A stretch of 32,415 nucleotides of DNA, filler included, from Rhizodiscina lignyota (lineage: Eukaryota), in assembly GCA_010015805.1 (NCBI GenBank). It is 5 parts of 5 records of this genome, joined end to end, with 100 filler letters (N's around TTAATTAATTAA, not from the genome) between each part and the next. Parts side by side here need not be neighbours in the genome. Positions count along the whole stretch, not along the records: positions 1 to 21,011 come from ML978149.1; 4 more parts are not named here. The stretch is one strand, 5' to 3'. The notes under the pieces are model-generated. The model did no database searches. It was not told the DNA's origin and saw nothing but the letters and a program-made list of their open reading frames with translations. The position numbers and the translations under genes were made by a program. Of the stretch, positions 1-11,513 are shown one piece after another (positions within the stretch are counted from its first letter, which is position 1; every line of letters begins with the position of its first letter).

Positions 1-480
1 TCTTAAAAAATGATTTTTAAGTCTTTTAATTTAATAGAAAATAACTTAATAAATAGAGCTATTTTTAGAAATTTAATTATCCTATCTTATTATTTACTAT
101 TTAAAGTATAATATATTAAATTTTTATAGAAATAATCCTATTAGTTATTAATTTATAAAAGGTTAAAAACTATTATACGTAATACGCACGGTAATCTAGT
201 ATACGTAGCCGTCTAATCTCCTACATTTCTAATTTTAGAACCTACTACTCCTTACGGCTACTCGTATTATAACGTGTAGATAAATACTAACTAGGTAAAA
301 CCGTTATAATAAACACTTAAAATATGATTTCTAGTGCTATTATTACTTAAATCGTCTATTAGCTCTAGTACTATAGTTAATCGGATTATTTACATAGCTC
401 TAATACTATAATTAATCAGATCGTCTACTTAGCTCTAGTACTATAATTAATCAGATCGTCTTTTTAGCTAAGGCGCTAAT
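1..480. mobile_element. AT-rich RIP-degraded repeat/transposon relic
   Basis: Very AT-rich, TpA-enriched and CpA/TpG-depleted, no ORFs; composition shifts to normal GC at about 480-540. Confidence 0.7.
346..470 (+). repeat. 35-bp tandem repeat, about 3.5 copies
   Basis: Unit TAGCTCTAGTACTATAATTAATCAGATCGTCTACT starts at 360, 395, 430 and (partially) 465; copies differ mostly by transitions. Confidence 0.85.
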
Positions 481-634
481 AAAACCGTGCGTTGAAAATT
501 CCCGTATCCGTAGGGAGTAATAGTATCTTTAGTCACCCTTAGGGCCTTTCAGTACGGAACTATGATTACATCGGCAAACACAACGCCTTAGGAAGCGCCC
601 ACTTCGGAACCGACCAAGTAAGGAACCCCCAGGT

Positions 635-1726
635 CTATAGAAAGCCCATGAAAGACGCAACCCATGGAAACTCCATAATCAATCTAATCATTACGCTGTT
701 CTCGTACCAAAGCATCCTGCCAGCTAAGCCTTCAAACACAATAACGGCAGCGTTCAGTGAAAACCAAGCAATGTCTTCCCACCATCCGCAGCTAAACGCA
801 AGGGACCAAGTGACCAGAGCGTGAACGAATCCCGAGAAAAGGAATATTATAACCACATTCAGTGCGCGAGAAAGATGTGTGCGATTTCTCAGACGTAAGA
901 GATAGCGCAGTACCAATTTGCTCAAGCAAATGTACGTTGGGCCAACGAGCTGGTGCCAGAAGCCACCCCAGAAACCGCGGACCGAACGAGTAGCGCGGAT
1001 ATCACCAAAAAGAGGGGGCCACTCTTGGGCAGAATCCAACTGTAGCACCCAGATGGCCACAAAAGCCATGATGCTGTGAAAAAGGTTGTCGACCAGCCAG
1101 GTGCTCAGAACAAAGTCTGCAACTAGCAATAGTCGGAGAATTCCTTCGCCAATTGTGATGTTTGGCAGTCGTCGGGCGAACTTCGTCTTTTCAGTCAGAC
1201 CAGCTGCATACATTCCATCCTTCTGGGCGTTCTGAACAACTTTGCTGGCCAAGGTAGGCGCGTATGTAAAGTATACGTAAACCCCAGCAGTGAAGAGCAA
1301 ACACCGTGTTAGCTGACGAATCCAGGAACTGCTGCTACTTGAGAGAGCGGTTCGTTCTGGAGATGGTTTCGACTCTGAATTGGCCGGCCTTTTTATCCTT
1401 CGAGGATTGAAGAGCATCTTATACGCCGCAAGCCACGAAGCTGGAGCGGGGAGGTTTGGCTCGATAGTGTACGCCTCAATCACCAGAACACAGGAAATGT
1501 GAAGTTGCCAAATCGAAAGAAACAGTAGTATGATTGATTTCAACACTTCGTGGATAGGAATGATGCGTACTTCTTGAAAAGTTGCCATCGTAAATATGCC
1601 GATAATAGAAAGTAGCATCCACCGAGATGCTAGGCCCGTGATACGTAGACCCACGAGCGCCGTAGAAGATGCAACTGCGAAGTAGCTTGAAGCCAATAAT
1701 AACGAAGATAAGAGTGTGGAAGCCAT
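635..1726 (-). CDS. Membrane-bound O-acyltransferase (MBOAT_2/wax-synthase, TRI7-like); C-terminally truncated by a premature TAG (ancestral stop probably at 566-568)
   Basis: Multi-TM protein with WPPLFG...SVRGFWGGFWHQ and FLFSGFVH motifs typical of secondary-metabolite MBOATs. ATG at 1726. The frame continues past TAG 635-637 as TWGFLTWSVPKW... Confidence 0.85.
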   Translation of the reverse strand: MASTLLSSLLLASSYFAVASSTALVGLRITGLASRWMLLSIIGIFTMATFQEVRIIPIHEVLKSIILLFLSIWQLHISCVLVIEAYTIEPNLPAPASWLAAYKMLFNPRRIKRPANSESKPSPERTALSSSSSSWIRQLTRCLLFTAGVYVYFTYAPTLASKVVQNAQKDGMYAAGLTEKTKFARRLPNITIGEGILRLLLVADFVLSTWLVDNLFHSIMAFVAIWVLQLDSAQEWPPLFGDIRATRSVRGFWGGFWHQLVGPTYICLSKLVLRYLLRLRNRTHLSRALNVVIIFLFSGFVHALVTWSLAFSCGWWEDIAWFSLNAAVIVFEGLAGRMLWYENSVMIRLIMEFPWVASFMGFL

Positions 1727-1980
1727 GTTTCCTTTAGTCGAGTAACTCAAAATGTACGATCTATTTCGATGATGAAATCAATGTTATCGGCAATAAGTTG
1801 CGAGAAACATTCGTTACCAAACAGAATGTCCATAATCTGATTTTCATTCCGCATTAATAAATAGTGGGTTCTACCACATCTCTAAGCAGCATGTTAATCT
1901 GCCATGCTTACAGCTGTTCACATTAATTGAGATTCATTGAGGTTGTGGCTCACCGGCACGACCTGCCTAGACTATCCTAT

Positions 1981-1994
1981 CGTACGGCCGTACG
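1981..1994. promoter_or_regulatory. 14-bp perfect palindrome CGTACGGCCGTACG in the divergent MBOAT/Sec11 promoter
   Basis: Self-complementary sequence containing CGG/CCG triplets, typical half-sites of Zn2Cys6 factors; the function is inferred only. Confidence 0.35.
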
Positions 1995-2350
1995 GAGTAC
2001 AAGCGCTACAATTTCGCATGATTCGGGTAAGGTCAGCGCTACTCCCTATGGCCGCGGCAGTTTTCAACCCATCAGCTGAAGAGACGATGTAGTCAATCAT
2101 GGGACTAGAAACTCTATCCTACTGAGTGTTTATTATGAGGATTCTGCCTATCTGACGTTTATTTGCCCGTTGAATATGCCCGTGGCGGCAGGGAGTAGCA
2201 GAGGTCGAGACTCGAGAGTGAAGCCGTCGGCGTCAGCTTCTCCTGCACCTATGTCTTCTAAGCGACGATTGAATCGTTTTCTCTGTCTCCATCTCCTATC
2301 TTCTGTGACTCTTATTGGATTCATTGAACTACACAGGTTCTGCGAAAGCA

Positions 2351-2875
2351 ATGTTGTCCTGCAAGTTCCTTCGACACATCCTCGTGTGTACCATTCTACC
2401 AATATCTGTTATTCTATTACAAAAACCACTACAATATGTGTCCCAGTCACGAACACCTATCGTTGTTGTAACATCAGGATCAATGGAACCAGTATTTTAC
2501 CGCGGAGACCTCCTCCTGGTATGGAATCGAGAGCAACACCTTCAAGTAGGCGACATCGCTGTTTGCTGGTTGCCCAGTGCAAAGCTTCCCATGGTTCACC
2601 GCATTATTGAAACGACAACAAAAGATTACGATCCAGCCCAGCAGCTGTTCCTGACGAAGGGCGACAATAACGTAGTCAACGATCGACAGCTCTATCCCGG
2701 CCAAAGGGCTTACCTTGACCGCTCTGACGTTGTAGGAATTGTCAAGGCTCACATTCCGTGGCTTGGGTGGCCGGCTGTTGCAATTAGTGAGATTTCTGGG
2801 CTAGAGGGACTTCTATGGTGCGTTTTGGGGTTGACAGTCTTCTTCTCTGGATGGCGAACAGTTGGCCAAAGCTGA
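2351..2875 (+). CDS. sec11: Signal peptidase complex catalytic subunit Sec11-like (peptidase S26B), divergent intronless paralogue
   Basis: N-terminal TM segment, PIVVVTSGSMEPVFYRGDLL (catalytic Ser), MVHR (His), FLTKGDNNVVND (Asp), C-terminal hydrophobic segment. First ATG at 2351. Confidence 0.9.
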   Translation: MLSCKFLRHILVCTILPISVILLQKPLQYVSQSRTPIVVVTSGSMEPVFYRGDLLLVWNREQHLQVGDIAVCWLPSAKLPMVHRIIETTTKDYDPAQQLFLTKGDNNVVNDRQLYPGQRAYLDRSDVVGIVKAHIPWLGWPAVAISEISGLEGLLWCVLGLTVFFSGWRTVGQS

Positions 2876-3220
2876 ATGTTTGTTCTTTACGCGGAACATG
2901 CAGCAGTCGGCCCGACAGGGATATGGTGCATTTTCGAGCTGACAATCTTCGTCTCTGAAGGGTGGCCGGTTGGCCTGAGCTGAATGTCTATTCTGGTATT
3001 TTGATGCAATCTTCTTCTTCCAGGGGCGAACAGTTAGCCGAAGCTGACTTTCTATTCTTGTACTTGCAGTTGATCAGTGATTGTGCCCGTCGACGTAGCC
3101 ATTCCTCACATAAAGAACAACACTGAGACGCTGTCACTCTATAGTGTGGCAACCAGACATAGGCTGGTTGAGAATACACTCTCTCAGGAGTCTATTTCCC
3201 CTTCTCTTTTGCTCAACGCA

Positions 3221-6200
3221 ATGTCCACCAATAGTTCGAACAAGTTGCGGTATTCTTCGATAGACTCACCAGATCTCAGAGAACCCGTCGCAATATGTGG
3301 CATGGCAACACGCTTGCCCGGCAACATAGCTTCCCCAGAAGAGCTATGGGACTTTCTCCTGAAGAAAAAAGATGCTCGAAGCAAGGTCCCAGAGAGTCGG
3401 TTCAATATTGAAGCTTTCCTAGATCCGATGGGCCGACCGGGGACCACGACTGTTGATGCTGGATATTTTCTCGATCCCTCGGCCGTTGACTTGGATAGCT
3501 TTGACCTCAATGCATTCTCGATGACTCGCGCTGAGGTCATGGATCTTGATCCGGTGCAGCGGCAGTTGCTGGAGATCGTTCGCGAATGCCTCGAGAGCGC
3601 CGGTGAGCCTGAATGGGAAAGGCATGATACTGGATGCTTTGTGGGGTCTTTCGGTCAGGACTGGGCAGATCTAACCGCAAAAGACAGTCAGGCGCATGGA
3701 ATATATCGGGTGACAGGATCGAGTGATTTTATGTTGAGCAATCGGATCTCCTACGAGTACGATTTTCGAGGACCTAGGTTGGTATTATCTCCCCCAAAAA
3801 CACTTGTCTATGGTCAAGTTCTAACAGCCGATCTTAAAGCGTCACGTTTAGAACTGCCTGCTCAGCGTCTATGGTTGCACTTCATGCCGCCGTCCAAGCT
3901 CTACGGACTGGCGACTGCTCTGCAGCAATCGTTGCGTCAGCGAATTTGATTACTTCACCCGCCCTCACCATAGGGCTGTCCGAGATTGATGCTCTGGCAC
4001 CTGATGCTTCTTCTAAAACATTTGATGAAAGTGCTGACGGATATGCGCGCGGTGAGGCTGTTAATGCAATCTACCTCAAGCGCCTTTCCGATGCTATCAC
4101 CGATGGCAGTCCCGTGCGAGCTATCATCCGGGGTACAGCATCGAACGCCGATGGAAGGACGCTGTCTATAACGAACCCAAATCACAAGGCGCAGGTGGAT
4201 CTGATTCGTCATGCGTACTCCAATGCTGGCTTATCTCTAGACGACACCACGTTTGTTGAGCTACATGGGACCGGAACTCAGGCAGGAGACTGTACTGAGT
4301 CTAACGCCGTAGCCGAGGTTTTCTCGACTCACCGTCATGGTCAGTATATAGGCTCAGGAAAATCTCCCCGTGGTGTTAAGCTTAATGACTTGGAAGCTGA
4401 TGAGATATTTAGGTCAAGCCGAATGTCGGCCATGCAGAAGGCGCATCGGGCCTCACAAGCATTATCGCAAGCGTTCTAGCTTTGGAGCACAAAACTATTC
4501 CACCGAATATCAAATTCGAAAACCCTAACACTAAGAGTAAGACTGCGCAAGCGCCGTACTGTTGTTGCGCTCTGCTAAATATCGATATAGTACCTTTCAA
4601 GAAGGCAAAGCTCATTGTCCCAACTGAACCAACTCCATGGCCAGCCAATCGTTACGAGAGAGTGAGCATCAACTCATTCGGGCTGGGAGGTGCAAATTCG
4701 CATGTAAGTGTATTCAACAATTCTCTTCCATGTTCGAATAACGTGATCTCACAGTCGTCGTGGTGCAGGTAATACTAGACTCGGCGGCATCATTCGGACT
4801 GTATCAGCAGCAACAGCGTGTTGCAACGTCCAATCAACATCTTCTACTTTCCTCCGGTCACAGCCAAGGTTCCACTAATGAGAACGTATCGCGCTTGATC
4901 GAATACATTCAACAAGGCCGACCTAGATTAGATGACCTGGCGTTTACTCTCGGTCGACGGCGACAACACCTCTCATATCGGTCTTATTGCGTGGTCAACG
5001 AACAGAGAATTATTATAACATCTCATCCAATCAAGGCTCACGAGACTGCGAAAGTAGTGATGGTCTTCACAGGTCAAGGTGCTCAGTATCCAGGCATGGG
5101 CAAAGAGCTGGCCGAAACGTACCCGAGCTTCGACAACGACCTCCGCAAATTCGATGCTATCTTGTCATCAATACCAAACCCGCCGTCATGGTCAGTAAGA
5201 GGTCAGTCATGAGCAGCGTTTTCTTTTTCATCAATCATGTGTTGACTCTTAGATAGACACCATACTCCACTCATCTGAATCATCAATGACAGGAGTCATC
5301 TCGCAACCGCTCTGTATCGCCATCCAGATCGGACTAGTAAATTTATTACGTTCATGGGGCGTTACAACAGAGGCAGTTATAGGTCATTCAAGCGGCGAGA
5401 TCGCGGCTGCGTATGCAAGCGGAGCGCTATCCATGGCTGATGCCATTAGTCTGTCATATCGCCGTGGTAATAGTCTGCCGTCCGGTGCGAACGGGTCTAT
5501 GGTCGTTGTAGGTCTTCCTAAAGCTGAGGTTTTGCCGTACATGTTACCCGGTGGGACTATTGGCTGCGAGAATAGTCCTGTGAATATCACGATTTCTGGA
5601 GATGGATCTGTTTTGGACTCTGTCGTAACAAGAATTCAGAAGGAGAAGCCGCAGACCTTCATTCGACGCTTGCCAGTTGACATGGCGTATCATTCTCGTA
5701 AGTTATACCATGTTTCATCTTTCATAGTCTCAATAAACTAACAGACAAAGACCATATGGAATCTATTTCGCATGTTTACATGCGCGCTGTTCAAGACCTC
5801 CAATACGGGACTCCAAAGGTTCCGATGTATTCTACAACATTAGGCCGCAAAGTACAGGAAGGAGAGATCCTCGGTGCGGCATACTGGAGAGCCAATCTTG
5901 TCCAACCTGTACTGTTTGATACAGCGATCCGAAGCATCCTTGATGACAGCACTCTGTCAGGACACAAAGTTTTTCTCGAGATCGGATCCCATTCCGCGTT
6001 ACGAGGAACATTGAGGCAATGCTTTCATCAGCATTTACGAGGTAGCCAGGCGACATATGTCGCTACCTTAGTCCGGAAAGAACCAAGCGATATGTCTCTG
6101 CTCAATACCTTGGGACAGCTGCATTGTCTCGGCACTTCTCTAGCGCTAGGTGCGATCTTCCCAACCAAACAAATCTTGACGGATTTGCCTCCATACTCTT

Positions 6201-9200
6201 GGAATCGAGAGAAGGTCATTAGGGAGAAACGTACCTCCAACGCATGGAGACATCGCAAATTTCCTCGACATGAGCTACTCGGCGCACCTGTTTTGGAGCA
6301 GAACGAACTTGAGCCGGTCTGGCGCAATGTCTTCCGCCTCCAAGATGTGTTGTGGATTCACGATCATCAGGTGGACTCCAATATAGTCTTCCCTGCTGCC
6401 GGATATGTTGCCATCGCCGGTGAAGCCATTAGACAGATTTGCGGTGGTACCATAGATGGCTACGATGTGCGACACCTTTCTGTCGCGGCGGCCATCATTC
6501 TTCGCGAAAACACAACGACGGAGATCATGACGAGCCTTAAACGAGCGCGGTTGTCGGATGCCGAAGTTTCATCGTGGCATGACTTTACCGTATCGTCCGT
6601 CCAGAAAGGCAACTGGGTCCAGCATTGTTGGGGTCAGGTCCGGGCTTCGACGCAGCCTCTGCATTCTGCCTTTTCTTCAGCCGTTGCAGTGCCTTTCTCA
6701 AGAAAGGTCTCGCCACAGAAGTGGTATCATGCTTTGAGTCGTACCGGACTACACTATGGGCCGGCATTTGCAAAGTTAAAGCAGATTTCGGCGGCTGTTG
6801 ACGAACATGCAGCGAGTGCGATGATTACTTACGACTGGCCAGCAGGCGCTGACTATATCCTTCACCCGACAGCTCTTGACTTGATATTTCAGACTCTACA
6901 GGTAGCTGATGTGCACGGAAAATCCACGAGCCTCTCCGGAATATTTGTGCCAACGTACTTGGAGGAACTCAGCGTGAGAAGATCCTCTTCCAAATTGTTT
7001 GTACAAGCCAATGTCCATTCATCCACCGCAACAGAAGGCGTCGGTATGAAGGGTTACTGTGTCGGTTGGGCAGATGGCGGCGGCGTCGTCGTCAAAGGGT
7101 CATGGTTTGCGCATGTCTCAGCTCAGCAACGGTTATGAAGATGCCAGGAGAGCCACAGACCTGATCACCGGGTCAGAAATGATCTGGATGCCGAGCTTGG
7201 AGTATCTGAGTAGCGAGGAAAAGAAGGGGCTGATCCTCACGACCCACGACGTCTCATCTGTCCAAGAAACATTGGAAGAGATGGCCTTATTGACAATGAG
7301 CCAGCACTTTGAAACTCTATGTGCACGAGAGGCGCGGAAACCTCATCTGGAGAAGTTTCGGCAATGGATACTTTCGACAGTACGAGAATTGCAAAAGTCT
7401 CACCATCCAGTGTGGCCTGGCCTCGAAGTGCCGGTCTCAGACTTGGATCTGAGTAAACCCAACGAAATCCATCTCGAAGAAAGAAAAAGGGCTCTACGAC
7501 ATGCAGTCACTCTTCGCGATCAAGCTGGTACCGGCACTGGCGCTGTCGATGTAGTGATACGTATTGGTGAATGCCTGTTGGATATCATAGATGACAAAGT
7601 CTCGACACTCGAGCTCCTCTCGGAAAACGACTTGTTTGGGAGATACTATCGCTTCGGGAAATTGTTCGACTACCGTCCATTCTTGAAGCACCTCATCCAC
7701 GAACGGCCAACATGCAACATCCTTGAAATCGGAGCCGGAACGGGCAGTATCACTGCTAGCATCCTACCAAATCTATACTCAAGTAATGGTAACCGCCTGT
7801 TCTCGACGTATACATTTACAGACATCTCGGAGGGGTTCCTGTCACTTGCAAAGAGCAACTTCCAGCAACACCACGGCATGAGATACCAGGTATTTGACAT
7901 AACTTTAGATCCCGATGGGCAAGGCATTCCAACACAATTCTATGACCTGGTCATTGCAAGCAACGTGGTCCATGCTACACCAGCTTTGCATGCATCCTTG
8001 ACCAATGTTCGGAAAGTGTTACAGCCTAGCGGATATTTGTTATTGCAGGAGCTCCGCAATGATTCATTCTATAACTCCTTCGTGATGGGCGGCTTGGAAA
8101 GGTGGTGGCTTAGAGGAGATGATGACAGAGAAGAAACGCCATACGTTGGCCCAGTAAAGTTGGCAGCCGAGTTGAAAAGGGCTGGATTTGCTGAACCTGA
8201 GATTTCATTAAGGGACCACCAGGATTTGCGCCCGGGAGCCATCAGCGCACTCCTGATTGCGCGTTCAAATGTTTACCAGCCGGCGAATGGTCATTTGGAG
8301 TCTGGAAAGGTCACAATTGTCGTCAACTCGGTTGATTTGGACATCGTCCGACTGATCGAAAACAATTTCGCCACGCATGGCATTATCGTCGATTTCTGTC
8401 AATTCGCACTGGGCGATATGCCTGCAAATAACCAGGACATGATCTCTCTCCTCGACATTGATGGCCCCTTCCTATTGGACATCAATGCTGACGATTTTGA
8501 GCGTTTGAAACACATTTTAACAACCATGGACCCCAACAGCCACCTTCTTTGGTGCACACAGTCGTCACAGTTCCCGGGCATGTCTCACGATCCGTCATAC
8601 GCACCTATACTTGGTTTAGCACGGAGCTCCCGATTCGAGCTTGGAATAGACTTCGCAACCCTTGAGACAGACCTTCCTCTCACTCCTTCGTTTGCTAAAA
8701 TGATTCCCTCTTTCTACACTAAGTATCGTGGGCATCGGGGTGTAGCAAGAGACGGAGGTTCTGGGACAGCAGACTATGAATTTGCATTTGCCAACGATAC
8801 TGTCCACATTGGCCGGCATGATTGGTACTCTTTAAAGTCAAAGAACTTTAACTCTGGCGAAGGTGTACCAATGGATGTTCGAACCCTTTCCATTAATCGC
8901 AAAGGAGCGCTTCAAACTCTGTGTTGGAAGGCGACGGGACATTTGACCCTATCTTCCAGCGATGTTAGAGTCAAAGTGGCGTATATTGGTCTGAATTTTC
9001 GGGTAACGTATATTCTGATGTGGGCCGTCGAGTTTGTGGACTTATTCGTATTAGGATTTGATGGTAGCCATGGGAGTCATTACTGCTGGTGATCTTGGAC
9101 TGGAGATGGTGGGTACCGTAGTTGAAGCTGGACCGGCGGTAATTCGGTTCAAACCTGGCGACCTCGTGGTGGTACTAATGCCTGGATGTTTTGGAACGGA

Positions 9201-11416
9201 AATTGTCGCTTCGGATCGACACTGTGTGCAGATACCAGACGGTCTCAGCTTTAAAGATGCTGCCTCCATGTATTCAGTATTCTGTACATCACTTCTGGCG
9301 CTGATCGATACCGGCAGGCTTCGAACCGGTCAGGTAAGGCACACAGAGGGAACTTTCTAGTAGCAGATGCTGATCAACTGTCACAGAGTGTGCTGATCCA
9401 CTCGGCATGTGGTGGTATTGGACTAGCAGCAATTCAGCTGTGCCAGTCCTTTGGAGTTGAGGTAAGATCAACTCTCTTAGATATATTGCTCGTGGAGACT
9501 AACGTGAGAAATAGACATTTGTAACTGTCGGAAACAAGAATAAAGCCAGGTACCTCCAAGAGCATTTCAAAGTCCCCTCGGATCACATATTCGATTCTCA
9601 CAGCACTTCATTTCGTGAGATGCTTTTAGCTAAAACACAGAATCGAGGTGTCGATCTCGTCCTCAATTCACTCGCAGGAGAGTTGCTTCAAGCTTCGTGG
9701 GATTGTGTTGCGGACTTTGGTATGCTTATCGAGCTCGGAAAGAGAGATATTCAGACGAGAGGCAAACTTGATATGTTCAATTTTAGCCACAATCGAGGAT
9801 ATTATGCTGTGGACTATGAGCAAATTCTCACAGACAAGCCTGGCGTAAACTTGAGGTATGTGCCTAGGTTGATGATTTTAGGTGAATAATTAATGACCAA
9901 TTAACTTAGGATCATGGAAAGAGTCTCGGACTTTTATCATCAGGGAATCATCAAACCACTTCCTCTGAAGGTGTTCCCGGCAAAGGAGGTTGAGCAATGT
10001 TTCCGAGCCCACCAAAAAGGAGAGCACATCGGCAAGTTACTCGTGGAAATGCCTGTTGATCCTTCCAATCTACCCGTGGATGGGAATCTGACCCAAAAAT
10101 CGATCGCTTTCGATCATACTGCAGCCTACCTTCTTGTTGGCGGTTTGGGTGGCATCGGTCGCTCTGTGGCAATCTGGATGGCCGAGCACGGAGCAAAGCA
10201 TATAATATTTGTTTCGCGTTCCAAAACGGCAGAGACAGCTAAGCAGGCGTACGCCAACTTCTTCGAAGAGCTCGAAGCCTTGAGCTGTGAGTACATTGTA
10301 ATCCATGGAGATATTACAGTCGCTGGCTTTGTGGAAGGAATCATCAATAAGACGACGATTGACATACGGGGCGTGCTTCAACTGGCGATGGAGTTGAACG
10401 ACAGCAGCCTTTCATCGATGACACACGAACAGTGGCAAGCAACCGTATCTCCGAAGGTCGCAGGAACGCTAAACATTCACAATGCATTTACGTCATCAAA
10501 TGCATTGCCGTTAGATTTCTTCGTCATGTTTGGTTCCCATAATGGATTGCATGGCTGGTTTGGGCAATCAAACTATGCAGCAGCAAACGCGTTCGTCGAC
10601 GCATTTGTCGAATATCGGCATCGACAGGGTTTGGCAGCGTCTGTAGTGGACCTGGGACCAGTAGACGACATTGGTTTCGTTAATGAGCGGCCGGAGGTGG
10701 CATCTAAGATGCGATCTACGTTCAAATACTTCCTGCCGGAGAAAGAGCTTCTTCACGCAACAGAGATTGCCATTGCAAGGTCAAATCCCTGAGACTTGCA
10801 GCCCATTTCAATAACCCAGTCGAAGTACTTCGCGTCGAACCGCAGCCAGATCATCGCCGGACTGAGGCCAAGCGTTGCACATGGCGAAAACGGCTCTGGA
10901 GACAGCAACCTTCCCTGGCAGGGAGATTCACGATTTCTTGCATTCCGAAATATTGAAGCTGATCTAGGGTCTGGATATGATATCAGCAGTCCAGGACCAG
11001 CGTCTGAGTCTAAAGACAAAGCACTCAGTTTTCTTTTGTCATTGTGCTCTCAAGAATCGTCAATATTGCACGAACAGCCCCTGCGGAGTATTCTGGTACC
11101 CGGTTGTGGGGAGCAGACGGCGCTTCAGGTTGTTTCTGGGGCCATATTCGACAGAATTTGTATATTCTTGGACCTCTCCGATACGAAGAAAGATGAGCTC
11201 GTGCAGCTTGCTGCGCCATCGTCAGTGTCCTTGTTAACCCTGGGCCTTGACTCTCTGGTGGCCATTGAGCTACGCAACTGGTGGAGACAGAGGCTAAGAC
11301 TTGAGATCTCGGTGCTTGAAATCATGGAGAAAAAATCCATTGAGAAATTGGCGCAACATGCACTAGATGGTCTGGCTGCTCATTTTCCTCAGTCAAATGG
11401 CCAGATAACGAGCTAG
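3221..11416 (+). CDS. Highly reducing iterative type I polyketide synthase KS-AT-DH-cMT-ER-KR-ACP (disrupted in this sequence: probable pseudogene, or base-call errors)
   Basis: [75 protein letters not shown]. c[57 protein letters not shown]. Introns inferred at 3778-3839, 4357-4412, 4537-4590, 4704-4768, 5202-5256, 5698-5750, 9003-9054, 9334-9386, 9462-9514, 9856-9909. Lesions at 4357, about 7097 and 10790. Confidence 0.95.
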
Positions 11417-11513
11417 TGTAGGGGACTCATATAGTTTCGTTTGAATACGAATTGATGATAAGATGTTCCGCTTTTGAATATGTGGAACATTATCGCTACG
11501 GTATTATTTGCGT

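Noticed and set aside
346..470. CRISPR-like periodicity
   Set aside because: Head-to-tail tandem units with no unique spacers, in a eukaryotic context.
10779..10801. Possible mini-intron or programmed readthrough removing the PKS TGA
   Set aside because: The GT..AG span is only 22 nt and would shift the frame, and the stop context TGA-GAC is not the TGA-CTA readthrough motif.
2351..11416. Cavinafungin cluster
   Set aside because: Cavinafungin is a lipopeptide aldehyde that would need an NRPS; none is present in the window.
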